In this document: in pieces, positions 14,970 to 28,056 of the stretch
How positions within the stretch are numbered: position 1 is the first letter of the stretch
Layout of the letters: every line of letters starts with the position of its first letter
From: Octopus vulgaris
Lineage: Eukaryota
NCBI GenBank assembly: GCA_951406725.2
Contig: OX597832.1
Location: 49,662,001-49,726,000 of the forward strand
Direction: 5' to 3'
DNA: 64,000 nt
Position numbers and translations under genes: made by a program
Notes under the pieces: generated by a model
Seen by the model: the letters and a program-made list of their open reading frames with translations, nothing else
Told to the model about the DNA's origin: nothing
Databases searched by the model: none

Positions 14970-15473
14970 GGGTTAAGCAACAAGTTGCTTCACCACATAC
15001 CGAAAATTTAGAAATAGCAGCCAAAGACAGCTCATTCCTTTTTACTACAGATATGACACCACAGATAACAATATTTGTAACTCACATAGGCAAAAAGAAG
15101 AAAAAATAACGAAATGAAACATTCTTCGATTAATTATGGACGCGTTTCTGGATTAGAATTATACAAATTCATTTCCGTCCTCAACATAATTTTTCGAGAA
15201 TTTATAAATCTGAAAATGCTAGGAACCTATACCCTCTGCATCCCGATCAAGCGTGTATATATATATATAAAGTACAAGGTATAAAAATGTTTTTTATATA
15301 ATCTTTTATTCTTGACAATTCGATTTGCAGCTGCTTCTGATGTGAATTATAGGTTCGTTCATCGATCTGTTTTCTCAATCAGCCGATCGACTGAGGAAAG
15401 TTGAACGACCTTAAAAAATTAATATTGCCTTCGTCAGAGCCGGCGCTTCCAAATATACATGTGGGTGTGGGTG

Positions 15474-15542
<69 letters not shown>

Positions 15543-15548
<6 letters not shown>

Positions 15549-15754
15549 TGTAAAGTTCCCGGCTTTAGGTAAAAGAAAATATAGGAGGATCAGTTAATTA
15601 TGATTTTATTCAACATATTCCCCTCTCAGATTCACACATTATTGCAGTCTTCCTTCAGTTTTTCTAAATCCTGTAAAAGACCTCGGAAGGCTGGGCTTCC
15701 ACCCAGGCCTTACACGATACCCTTAAAACCAGGGACTTTTCAGCACCCTCTCGT
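15543..15754. mobile_element. Mariner-like MITE remnant
   Basis: Imperfect TIRs tgctgtaaagttcccggctttagg / ccttaaaaccagggacttttcagca within (TA)n. Confidence 0.6.
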
Positions 15755-15757
15755 GTG

Positions 15758-15797
<40 letters not shown>

Positions 15798-15958
15798 TAA
15801 GAAAGTTGGTTTGTGAAAGCACGTGGTTGAATATATAGAAAATAGTAAAAAGTGAAAGAACTACAGAAGGCTTGTTTTAGAAGGTTAAAAAATATATATT
15901 TGAGTCATTATGTCTGAAGAATGTTATAAATTTTTTTCATACAATGCCATAGTTTTTG

Positions 15959-15998
15959 AAGAAATGACCGGTTTCGCGTTCAGCTTTTCAAATATCTT
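15959..15998 (-). ncRNA. Minimal hammerhead variant with U3-A8 core
   Basis: AAGATAT-TTGAAAA-GC-TGAAC-GC-GAAA-CCGG-TC-ATTTCTT. Confidence 0.58.
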
Positions 15999-16162
15999 AC
16001 ATCGTTATGTTTACGTTGAGAAGTGTGAAGAGAGTTCCAGATAAGGGGAGGTAATAAGTGATTTCTTCCGGTGTAAGAATTAGACTAAACAAGGAAACAT
16101 ATATTAGCATGTGTAACAACATCCGTAGCGTCGAAAATCTTGACTAGCTGCATGAGTAATTG

Positions 16163-16281
16163 CTAGTCTGCAATTTTAATAAAAAAAAGTTTTTCAAAAC
16201 TTATCAAATCCTTCACCCTGAAGAAGACCTGTCCATTTCTGTCCCTAAAGGAATTTGGATTCGTGGCTTTCTTCCTTAGTC
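16163..16281 (-). CDS. Candidate exon phase-compatible with 17232-17107 (GLRKKATNPNSFRDRNGQVFFRVKDLISFEKLFFIKIAD*)
   Basis: ttgttttgttgtag acceptor, phase 1, open to TAG. Confidence 0.25.
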
Positions 16282-16353
16282 CTACAACAAAACAAGATAT
16301 ATAATTGGATAATTTAGCAGGACAAAGAATATGTGTATGCATATATGTATGCG

Positions 16354-16387
<34 letters not shown>

Positions 16388-16698
16388 CATACATATATAC
16401 ATATACATATATAACATATATATATATATACACTATATTAGGTGTGTGTACATAAGTGTATCTGAATATGTATGTGTGTATATGTCTGTGTCTGCGGGTA
16501 TGGGGGTGTTAGTATGCGTATGTGTTTGATTGAGAATATGTTGGGTTTTTTTCCCCCAGAATTAAAATTTTGGCCAGATCGATTTTAAAGTTTTAATCTC
16601 GAAGAAACCAAAATTAAAATGGGGTAATTTCTGAAATTTTTTACGTCGTTATCACCTATGGCGTCATTTTTTTCTCTTTCTTTGCCTCCCTTCCTCAG

Positions 16699-17072
16699 AT
16701 GGCCCAGTGGTTAGGGCAGCGGACTCGCGGTCGTAGGATCGCGGTTTCGATTCCCAGACCGGGCATTGTGAGTGTTTATTGAGCGAAAACACCTAAAGCT
16801 CCACGAGGCTCCGGCAGGGGATGGTGGTGATCCCTGCTGTACTCTTTCACCACAACTTTCTCTCACTCTTACTTCCTGTTTCTGCTGTACCTGTATTTCA
16901 AAGGGCCGGCCTTGTCACTCTCTGTGTCACGCTGAATATCCCCGAGAACTACGTTAAGGGTACACGTGTCTGTGGAGTGCTCAGCCACTTACACGTTAAT
17001 TTCACGAGCAGGCTGTTCCGTTGATCGGATCAACCGGAACCCTCGTCGTCGTAACCGACGGAGTGCTTCCAA
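16699..17072 (+). mobile_element. SINE family C (tRNA-derived)
   Basis: tggcccagtggttagggcagcggactcgcggtcgtaggatcgcggtttcgattccc head; matches 1893-2265. Confidence 0.88.
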
Positions 17073-17106
17073 TCCAATATAAGTAGATTATACACATTTT
17101 TTTCAC

Positions 17107-17232
17107 CTGTAGTTTCTTTTCGTCGTAGCTCTAGCCTTGCCATTTGTGAGACTACTAACTGCTCGATAAACGATAGTTTTGTGGCCGAAGGATTATAGTA
17201 AAATTCAAGATCGGAATCCTTTGTTTCCAACT
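17107..17232 (-). CDS. Candidate internal exon of an unknown gene (ELETKDSDLEFYYNPSATKLSFIEQLVVSQMARLELRRKETT)
   Basis: tttattcctcag acceptor, CAG|gtgaaa donor, 126 nt, single open frame; no homology recognised. Confidence 0.3.
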
Positions 17233-17814
17233 CTGAGGAATAAAGGTTAATTTGTATTTCAGGCTGATGGTGGTGAAGGAAGCTAATATTACAGTTTATA
17301 GGTAGAATTAAATTGCAGTTCCAAGATAGATGTATCCAGTTGCAGCTTTGGGAAAGAAAGATTACGTTACAGTCAGTTCTGGAAACAATGGATTGAATTG
17401 CAGATTGTTACTTTGCAATTCTGTGAAAGAATGCTGGTATGCATTTCGTAAAATGGTGCGTAGGATAGGAGCGAGAAAAATTTGGGTCGAATTTCTGAAG
17501 GGCTGGAGGGGCATAAAGTAATTTAGTATGTTAATGTTACATATATTGGGAAATGAAATTAATAAATCTTCTTAGATTTTCATTTAATTTTTTCTACCTC
17601 CTCTTCAAGATGTGGGAAGAAACCTCTTGGCAACCATTCATTTCTTCAGCTTGGATTTCGTTTTGTTTTGGGGGGATTTTGTGGGCGGGGGATGTTTCTC
17701 TTGGAAATATAATATTTTTTATTAATGCTATATAAAATATATATATATATAAGATACATTTCAGTTAATGCTGGGTTTTATTTTTTCCTTTTTCCTTTTT
17801 AACTGGTGATCGAG

Positions 17815-18220
17815 TAGCTGTGTGGTAAGTAGCCTACTTACCAACCACATGGTTCCGGGTTCAGTCCCACTGCGTGGCACCTTGGGCAAGTGTCTTCTAC
17901 TATAGTCTCGGGCCGACCAAAGCCTTGTGAGTGGATTTGGTAGACGGAAACTGAAAGAAGCCCGTCGTATATATGTATATATATATATGCGTGTGTGTGT
18001 TTGTGTGTCTGTATTTGTCCTCCTAGCATTACTTGACAACCGATGCTGGTGTGTTTACGTCCCTGTCACTTAGCGGATCGGCAAAAGAGACCTATAGAAT
18101 AAGTACTGGGCTTACAAAGAATAAGTCTCGGGGTCGATTTGCTCGACTAAAGGCAGTGCTCCAGCATGGCCGCAGTCAAATGACTGAAACAAATAAAAGG
18201 GTAAAAGAGTAAAGAGTATA
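17815..18220 (+). mobile_element. SINE family B
   Basis: Family consensus match. Confidence 0.88.
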
Positions 18221-18592
18221 AGTAACTTCGACTAAAATTTGTTTATGCTCGGAGAGTATCGTCGTCGTCGTCGTCGTGCCGTCAACTCCGAAGAAAGAAA
18301 CCTACGGTTCTACACATAAGCTACAATAAATACGAATTGTTTCGTATCAATCCAATTGCTGAAAGAATGATCATACACACGAGTGTGTATGTATGTATGT
18401 GTGTGTATGTGTGTCTTTGTATTGTATATATATATGTGTGTGTGTGTGTGTGTGCGCGCGCGCGTATATATATACTCTTTTATTTTTTTACTTGTTTCAG
18501 TCATTTGACGGCGGCCATGCTAAATCACAACCTTCAAGGGTTTTAGTCGAAGAAACCGACCCCAGGACTTTGAAAGTGTAGTACTCATTCTG

Positions 18593-18677
<85 letters not shown>

Positions 18678-19366
18678 CTCTCCCTACTCACGTCTTTTCC
18701 TTCACATGTCAACTTGCAACAGTATACATGACTCATTGACAGCATCACATCTCACAAGTCTCGGACGTACTGCAAAAATGCTATGAGTACACTGCCCTCT
18801 TCCTCTAAACGCTGCAAATTTAAAACATAAAATACCATAATAAAAGTAGACTGAATGATAAATTTAAGATCAATCACGGGCAACCGAATACACCAAACGA
18901 ATTCGATCACCAGTTAAAAAGGAAAAGGAAAAAATAAAACAAAGCAGCAAAGCATTAACTGAAATGTATCTTATTCCTTATCTTCGTCTCGTAACTGCGT
19001 GATTTTGACACCTATGTAAGCGAGGTTTCAATCATCGCTCATTACTTATCGTCTGCTGACGAATTTTGGAAGAAGTAAGAAGAAAATTGTACAAAACTAA
19101 ATATTTTGCAACTCGAAACACGACGTTCCTTTTCTCTCAACATTTCTTTGCTTGCTTTCAAGAAACAAGAGTGCGAATATTTCACGCTGTCTGTTTTTGT
19201 ATCATTCTACAGTCGCTGCATTAACCTTGGGTGAATTATGAAAATAAACAAAATGTCATTCAGTGAGGCAAGCGTTTGTTTTTATTCGTTAAAACGATAG
19301 AGATGGGTCGGGAGGATAAGATAGATGGATAGATATGTAGATAGATAGTTAGCAAGATAGACAAAC

Positions 19367-19447
<81 letters not shown>

Positions 19448-19480
19448 CATATACGTAATTGAGACAAATATCAGGCAGGT

Positions 19481-19563
<83 letters not shown>

Positions 19564-19630
19564 ATGTGTGCATGTACGTATGTATGTATGTATTTATGTA
19601 TGTATATGTATATATATATATGTGTGTATG

Positions 19631-19699
<69 letters not shown>

Positions 19700-21092
19700 T
19701 ATATGCATATAAATATAAATATACATATATACATATATGGACAACCACACGGGCACACACACACATGTATTCATAGACACGTACGTGAGTGGCTGTGTGT
19801 GTATGCATGTGTGTGCGTGCGCGCATAGATATATGCATATGTTTATGTACCAACTTCTGTATACATGTGTATGTGTGTGTGTGTGTGTTTGTGTCTGTTT
19901 GTCTGTCTGTCTACACACACGGAACGCTAATATGGACATTGGATATGTTTGTAGGACGGTCTGATGAGGTCTGGTCGTTCAATTGTACGACGGAAGCGGA
20001 GGCGGGATAAGAGGCGAGAAAGATGGCAGGGAATAGGTCCTGGTCGACGGATAAAAATACGATACATCTGCAATATAATACATACACGACGGCTCACGTC
20101 GTCACATGCGTGCGTTTGTGGGTGTAGCTGCCTACGAGATAGTGCGTATGTGTTAGTATGTCTATCAAAGCTGGTAAGAGTTTCGCAAGGTAGACAACTT
20201 GTGTTAAACTACTTTCAAATCTATGAACAGAGAAGCGGCCATTTTAGCATTACTAAATATCGCATGCACACTCACTCACACATTCACACACCCACACACA
20301 CAGACATTGCCTTCTAAGTACATCAATAGTACATGCGTACTTAATCCCATTTTTTTCTTTTACAAGTATCCACTTTCCAGAATTATCGGTCTGTATAATG
20401 GTTTGTTTCTTCACTGGAAAATACAATTGCATCGTTGGTCTAAATGTACTTCTAAAACACTTGTCTGAGTTCGAGATTTTTCGTTTCTGGTTACCTTGAG
20501 CTTAATGAGTCCACCGGTCATAGCCTAGTAGAGTTTTCATCAGTGACCCCCACCACCCCTCTAGTTAGACACTATCCCTCACTGTACTCTTCCACCTCTC
20601 TCTTTCTCTCTCTCTCTCCCTCCACCCCTCTATCTCTTTAACTCTCTATTTATCTCTCACTCTCTCTCTCTCTTGCTCTCCTGACATATAACCTCTGTGC
20701 TACCCCCAAAAAGATAATCTGTCTAGACCTTTTCGATCTACCGACCTATCACCTCTCAACGAGAAACAACACTTCTCCTCCTCCTCCGCCTCCTCCTCTT
20801 TCTTCTTCTTCTCCTCTTCCTCAACCCCTTTCTTCTTTTTCTCCTCCTCCTCTTCTTCCTTCTCTTCCTTTTCTTCTCTTCCTCTCTTTCTTTCTTCTTT
20901 TCTTCCTCATCTTTTTCGTTTCTTCCTCCTCCTCCTCGATTCGTTTCGACTGGTTTTGAAGTATACAGTGATTTTAACACTGTATACCTCAAACAGACGT
21001 TTCACGGGACAAAATACCGCAGCTGAGAAGCGTCTAAACAAAACACATACATTGAGCATGTGACAATAATGTTTACATTATTAGAGTTGCTT

Positions 21093-21300
21093 CATCATTA
21101 TCATCATTTAACGTCCGTCTTGCTTGCATGGGTAGGACGGTTGACAGGAGCCGGCCAGGTAGAAGACTACCACTGGCTACTGTGTCTGTTTTGGCAGGGT
21201 TTTTACAGTTGGATGCCCTTCCTAACACCAACCACTCCGCAGAGTGATCTGTGTGCTTTTTATGTGGCACCAGCACAGGCGAGGTCAGTTTTGGCATGGT
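21093..21300 (-). mobile_element. SINE family D (gttaggaagggcatcc motif, (ATG)n tail)
   Basis: Homologous to 52593-52925 and 59690-60020. Confidence 0.75.
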
Positions 21301-21309
21301 ATTTACAAG

Positions 21310-21543
21310 GTGGCGAGCTGGCAGAACCATTAGCACGCCCGGCGAAATGCGTAGCCGTATTTCGTCTGCTTCTACGTTCTGAGTTCAAATTCCGCCGAGG
21401 TCGACTTTGTCTTTCATCCTTTCGGGGTCGATAAATTAAGTACCAGTTACGCTCTGGGGATCGATGTAATCGACTTAATCCGTTTGTCTGTCCTTGTTCG
21501 TCCCCTCTGTGTTTAGTCCCTTGTGGGTAGTAAAGAAATAGGT
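21310..21543 (+). mobile_element. SINE family A, single unit
   Basis: Head ggtggcgagctggcagaaccattagcacg plus consensus body. Confidence 0.87.
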
Positions 21544-22597
21544 GGATGCCCTTTCAAATGCCAACCACTTGCTTCGAACTCAAAATTTAATATATGAATA
21601 TATTTACATTTGATGTATTGAAATTTGGAAGTTTAAAAATCCAAACTTAACCCTTTGTCTGGTCCCAGGCGTTTTCGTAAGTTTTCATAGCTTGTGTTCA
21701 GACTTTTAGTGAACCCTTGTTTCATAGATTCTGGGGTAACATAAAACTTTCTTTTCATAGGTCCCAAGTAATTCTGGTGGTTGAAAAAAAAAGGGGGAAT
21801 GTGAATCATATACGATGCACAGAGGCCGGTGAAATATGCCCTTTGTATCACATGTAATACACAGGTAGATAAAAGGTTAACGAACGGAAACGTATGACAA
21901 GTAAATTATACGTAAATGTTGGCTCTCTGCTTGCAGCGCTTCGTGATTGAGTCGTCTGCTTGCAGAACCGGTTTCAAATCTCCCTATACATAACAGGAAA
22001 AAAATAATATGAAAGTTATTCAGAGTTGCTATCAAGACGAACCACATAAACGAAACTGTTAAATCCGTTTTTTCTAATAATAAAACGAGCAATCGATACA
22101 GCCGTAATAACGGCAAACGTTACGTGTATTTTTGTTTTCACCTTTTTTGAAGTCTCATCAGATTTCGTTAAGCTTAAACAAACAACACTAAGTAATATAC
22201 ATCAAAATTAGATACATCTCGTATTATTCATTTAATTACTGCAGGATAATGTTTTGAGCTGTGAGAGAATTTCCAACTCAAGAATGATTAAGTATAATCG
22301 TAATCCATAGATTTGCGCTTTTATCAAAGGTTTCGTTAATGTTTAATGCAGCAGGCTTAGTTTCTACTTATTATTCTGAATATGGAAGCTATTTCTTGTG
22401 CAATAAATGAGTAAACAAGATTAGCTGAAGACGTAGCTTTTTAAAAAGTGTATTAGTAGGAGCGTAGAAATGACAGAAGTTTAAAATATCGGCTGTATAA
22501 GAAGACCTGATATATATATATAAATCAATCGTTATTTCAATGTGTTTATATGTTGCTTTCGCTAAATCAACATACAGCATTAATAACAGCAGCCATT

Positions 22598-23372
22598 AAG
22601 GCGGCGAGCTGCCAGAAACGTTAGCACGCCGGGCGAAATGCGTAGCCGTATTTCGTCTGCCGCTACGTTCTGAGTTCAAATTCCGCCGAGGTCGACTTTG
22701 CCTTTCATCCTTTCGGGGTCGATAAATTAAGTACCAGTTACGCACTGGTGTCGATGTAATCGATTTAATCCGTTTGTCTGTCCTTGTTCGTCCTCTCTGT
22801 GTTTAGCCCCTTGTGGGTAGTAAAGAAATAGGTATTTCGTCTTCTTCTACGTTCTGAGTTCAAATTGTGCCGAGGTCGACTTTGCCTTTCATCCTTTCGG
22901 GGTCGATAAATTAGGTACCAGTTACGCACTGTGGTCGATATAATCGACTTAATCCGTTTGTCTGTCCTTGTTTGTTACCTCTGTGTTTAGCTCCTTGTGG
23001 GTAGTAAAAAAATAGGTATTTCGTCTATCTGCAACTTCTGGGTTCAAGTTCTGACGAGGTCGACTTTGCCTTTCATCCATTCGGGGTCGATTAAATAAGT
23101 ACCAGTTACGCAATGGGGTCGATGTAATCGACTTAATCCGTTTGTCTGTCCTTGTTTGTTCCCTCTGTGTTTAGCCCTTTGTGGGTAGTACAGAAATAGG
23201 TATTTCGTCTATCTGCACGTTGTGGGTTCAAATTCCGACGAGGTCGACTTTGCCTTTCAATCCTTTCGGTGGGGGGTCGATAAATTAAGTACCAGTTGAA
23301 CACTGGGGCCGATGTAATTGACTAGCACCCTCCCCCAAAATTCCTGGCTTTTTGCCAAAATTTGAAACCAAT
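22598..23372 (+). mobile_element. SINE family A with four tandem ~183 bp internal units
   Basis: One head at 22598; units begin ~22648, 22832, 23016 and 23200; terminal ...gccaaaatttgaaacc. Confidence 0.9.
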
Positions 23373-23627
23373 AACAGCAAACTATTTCAGTATTTTGTTA
23401 AAAACTAAGTAAAGGTATACCATCGATTTCCCGGCAACTTTTGTTGCAGAGTCTTCCCGGATTACCGATTTTTTCCGAAACAGGGTTGGTCACCATACTC
23501 AACACATTCTAAATTAAACAAGTATTAAATTTGTTTAAATAATCACATGAAATACAGACACCTGTACAATAGTGTAAATTAGTGCGGGTCGTAAGAGGTG
23601 CTGAGTGGAAGTGCATGGCTTAGCAGT

Positions 23628-23835
23628 GGTGGAGGCACGTGGTTTAGTGCTCAGGGTGTTGGATTCATGACTGTAAGATTGTGGTTTCGATTCCTGGACC
23701 GGGCGACGCATTGTGTTCTTGAGCAAAACACTTCATTTCACGTTGCTCTCCAGTCGAGTCAATTGGCAATAATGAGTAATCCTGCGACAGATCGTCGTCC
23801 CGTCCAAGGAGGAATGTATACGCCACAGAAGCCGT
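23628..23835 (+). mobile_element. tRNA-derived SINE related to the family C head, with a different body
   Basis: ggaggcacgtggtttagtg...gtggtttcgattcctggaccgggc...cctgcgacagatcgtcgtcccgtcca. Confidence 0.7.
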
Positions 23836-23940
23836 AACCATAACCAAAAGAGGCCACAAAGCAAAAGTGTCCTATCTGAAGCAACCGTTATTACACTTTC
23901 CATCTAGATTGGCAAACGTGGTCAACTGACACAATGACTA

Positions 23941-24532
23941 GTTAGTTAAGTTAATTTTTTTGGCTCAAAAAGCAAAAAGCAAGGCCACGTAGGGGGACAT
24001 GGAGTTATGTACAGGGTGGTGTTCATGCAAAGAGTTCAGGCCATTTCTGGTCAAGAGAGACTTTGAACCGAGCGGTCGTCGGCATCTTCACTATCTCGTC
24101 CGGCAGCTTATTCCACGGATCCGCAACCCGGACGGAGAAAGCCCCTCTCCTTCGATTGAGATGAAATCGTCGCAGGTAGAGCTTTTCGGGGTGACCCCGC
24201 AGCCGACGCTCTGGAGCAGGAGTGAAGAACAGCTCTTTCGAGAGGTTACACTTTCCGCTTATGATGTTGTGAGCGAGAATGAGATCACCACGGCGTCGTC
24301 CTTTTTCTAGAGAATAAAGGTCGAGCGTCTTCAGCCTTTCTTCATAAGACAAATGCTTGAGACCAATAACCATGCGGGTAGCCAGCTTCTGGACTCTTTC
24401 GAGATGATGTATGTATTTGAGGAGATAAGGAGAAGAGGCTTGAATCCCGTACTCCAATATGGGTCTCACCAGCGTGACATAGAGCGGTAGGAATATGGCT
24501 GATGTGAGCATTCCGAATGACCGTCGAATCAA
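23941..24532 (-). mobile_element. CR1-clade LINE 3' fragment with target-site duplication
   Basis: LYVTLVRPILEY...LERVQKLATRMV.GLKHLSYEERL..LDLYSLE..RRRGDLI...FSVRV...WNKLP; (TAAC)n tail; AATGACTA at 23933 and 24533. Confidence 0.93.
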
Positions 24533-24729
24533 AATGACTATCATACAACCATCTTATTCTTGGATCTACACCTAGGTTTCCTGGCGGTTGGCTCTGCTTG
24601 AAGAATCCGTCTTGTGACATTCTTATCACATGTTCGCAGTACCCGAGCTAAGAGCTCTCAATCTGTAAAACTATAAAAGAGTTAGAACATATAAATTCCA
24701 TTTAGCTACTTTATCAACAATCTATATCT

Positions 24730-25222
<493 letters not shown>

Positions 25223-25367
25223 CAGTACAATAAAGTCATATAACTGATCCATTATATAAAGATACGCAGCTGCCATAAAGCGGTGAGTTATGTCATGACA
25301 TGTCGGCCATGCAAACCATTAGTGATCTTCTATTATTTGACGATATTCCAACAGAATATTTTCTTAC

Positions 25368-25492
25368 CTAAAATAAACAGGAATTACAGAATCCTCCAGT
25401 TGATATTGAAACAATTCTAATATAGCATTATTTACAAGTTTCACCTTCTTCTCCTCGGAGAATTTAAACAGGATGTGAAAGATTTGTGTGAT
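25368..25492 (-). CDS. Candidate internal exon of an unknown gene (ITQIFHILFKFSEEKKVKLVNNAILELFQYQLEDSVIPVYFR)
   Basis: ggcttctag acceptor, AG|gtaaga donor, open frame in unique sequence; no homology recognised. Confidence 0.3.
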
Positions 25493-25615
25493 CTAGAAGC
25501 CATTGAAATAAACGTTGGTAAATTTCTTTTCCAAGCAATTCATATGTTCATACAAACACACAAAGACACGCATGCGCCGCTAATAGACTGTGACGTGTAT
25601 AAAGCTTCAGTCACC

Positions 25616-25648
<33 letters not shown>

Positions 25649-25756
25649 GTATGCTGGCATATATGCATACATGTATCAAAATGTGAATGTATATGCATAG
25701 GTATTGAGTATCTACACCTGTAAATGTGTAAGCATAAATTTCAAATGTATATGTTC

Positions 25757-25759
<3 letters not shown>

Positions 25760-25789
<30 letters not shown>

Positions 25790-27430
25790 TGTATGTGTGT
25801 ATGTATGTATGTATGCATGTATGTATGTATGTATGTATTTATGTATGTATGTATGTATGTTTGTATGTATGTTTGTATGTATGTATGTATGTATGTATGT
25901 ATGTATGTATGTATGTATGTATGTATGTATGTATGTATGTATGTATGTATGTATGTATGTATGTATGTATGTATGTATGTATGTATGTATGTATGTATGT
26001 ATGTATGTATGCATGTATGTATGTATGTATGTATGTATGTATGTATGTATGTATGTATGTATGTATGTATGTATGTATGTATGTATGTATGTATGTATGT
26101 ATGTATTTATGTATGTATGTATGTATGTATGTATGTATGTATGTATGTATGTATGTATGTATGTATGTATGTATGTATGTATGTATGTATGTATGTATGT
26201 ATGTATGCATGTATGTATGTATGTATGTATGTATGTATGTATGTATGTATGTATGTATGTATGTATGTATGTATGTATGCATGTATGTATGTATGTATGT
26301 ATGTATGTATGTATGTATGTATGTATGTTTGTATGTATGTATGTATGTATGTATGTATGTATGTATTTATGCATGTATGTATGTATGTATGTTTGTATGT
26401 ATGTATGTATGTATGTATGTATGTATGTATGTATGTATGTATGTATGTTTGTATGTATGTATGTATGTATGTATGTATGTATGTATGTATGTATGTATTT
26501 ATGTATGTATGTATGTATGTATGTTTGTATGTATGTATGTATGTTTGTATGTATGTATGTATGTATGTATGTATGTATGTATGTATGTATGTATGTATGT
26601 ATTTATGTATGTATGTATGTATGTATGTATGTATGTATGTATGTATGTATGTATGTATGTATGTATGTATGTATGTATGTATGTATGTATGTATGTATGT
26701 ATGTATGTATGTATGTATGTATGTATGTATGTATGTATGTATGTATGTATGTATGTATGTATGTATGTATGTATGTATGTATGTATGTATGTATGTATGT
26801 ATGTATGTATGTATGTATGTATGTATGTATGTATGTATGTATGTATGTATTTATGTATGTATGTATGTATGTATGTATGTATGTATGTATGTATGTATGT
26901 ATGTATGTATGTATGTATGTATGTATGTATGTATGTATGTTTGTATGTATGTATGTATGTATGTATGTATGTATGTATGTATGTATGTATGTATGTATGT
27001 ATGTATGTATGTATGTATGTATGTATGTATGTATGTTTGTATGTATGTATGTATGTATGTATGTATGTATGTATGTATGTATGTATTTATGCATGTATGT
27101 ATGTATGCATGTATGTATGTATTATGTATGTTTGTATGCATGTATGTATGTATGTATGTATGTATGTATGTATTATGTATGTTTGTATGTATGTATGTAT
27201 GTATGTATGTATGTATGCATGTATGTATGTATTATGTATGTTTGTATGCATGTATGTATGTATGTATGTATGTATGTATGTATGTATGTATTATGTATGT
27301 TTGTATGTATGTATGTATGTATGTATGTATGTATGTATGTATGCATGTATGTATGTATTATGTATGTTTGTATGCATATGTATGTATGTATGTATGTATG
27401 TATTTATGTACGTATATATGTATGTATCTA
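25760..27430 (+). repeat. ~1.67 kb (ATGT)n microsatellite
   Basis: Direct inspection; source of the 575-587 aa spurious ORFs. Confidence 0.99.
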
Positions 27431-27682
27431 AGTATGATGGAATTATGTATGCTTGTGTGCTTGGTCGTATACACGTATGTTCTGTAAGAGAGTAAATATT
27501 CCTTCGAATATATACATTTGTATGTGTGTGTGTGTGTGAGCATGTATATAAGTATATGTGTATATATGTACCTATGTAAATATATATATCTATTCATATG
27601 TGTATGAGTGTTGTCTTAGCTAGGTTAGCTGAACATACCTACATACATACGTTCCTTCACGCCTATATATATATATACATAG

Positions 27683-27783
<101 letters not shown>

Positions 27784-28056
27784 TACGCACATAACTTTCT
27801 ATAATCCGTCTCAATGCCTCTGGTGGCAACAGAATTTAAGAATATTCGAATATTCTATTCACATTCGAGTTTCTTATTACAAACTATTTCCAACTTTAAG
27901 AAATTATGTAAAGCGATAACAAAAAAGTAATCTGATGGATGAGGGATTAGAAGCACACAGAAATTTGATGTGCGAAATAAAAAAATATATATTCGTACAT
28001 TCACGTACATATGTATATATAAGTTGTTCGTGTGTGCTGTGTTTTTTTTTTCCATT

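Noticed and set aside
15320-15452. Hairpin with CTGAGGA (+) and CTGACGA (-) as a ribozyme
   Set aside because: Stems exist (TCGATC/GATCGA, TCGTTCA/TGAACGA), but no GAAA/UH pair can be placed in register.
16699-16775. tRNA gene
   Set aside because: A/B-box-like head continues into a SINE body repeated elsewhere; no complete cloverleaf was evident.
19955-19990. CTGATGA hammerhead core
   Set aside because: No GAAA strand or helices in register on either side.
22598-23372. Regularly spaced repeats resembling a CRISPR array
   Set aside because: Whole ~183-bp units repeat with no unique spacers, there are no cas genes, and the context is eukaryotic SINE.
25704-27495. 575-587 aa ORFs (MYVC repeats) and the many YI/HT/LS/ER-repeat ORFs throughout
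   Set aside because: These are translations of microsatellites that lack stop codons; they have no coding features.
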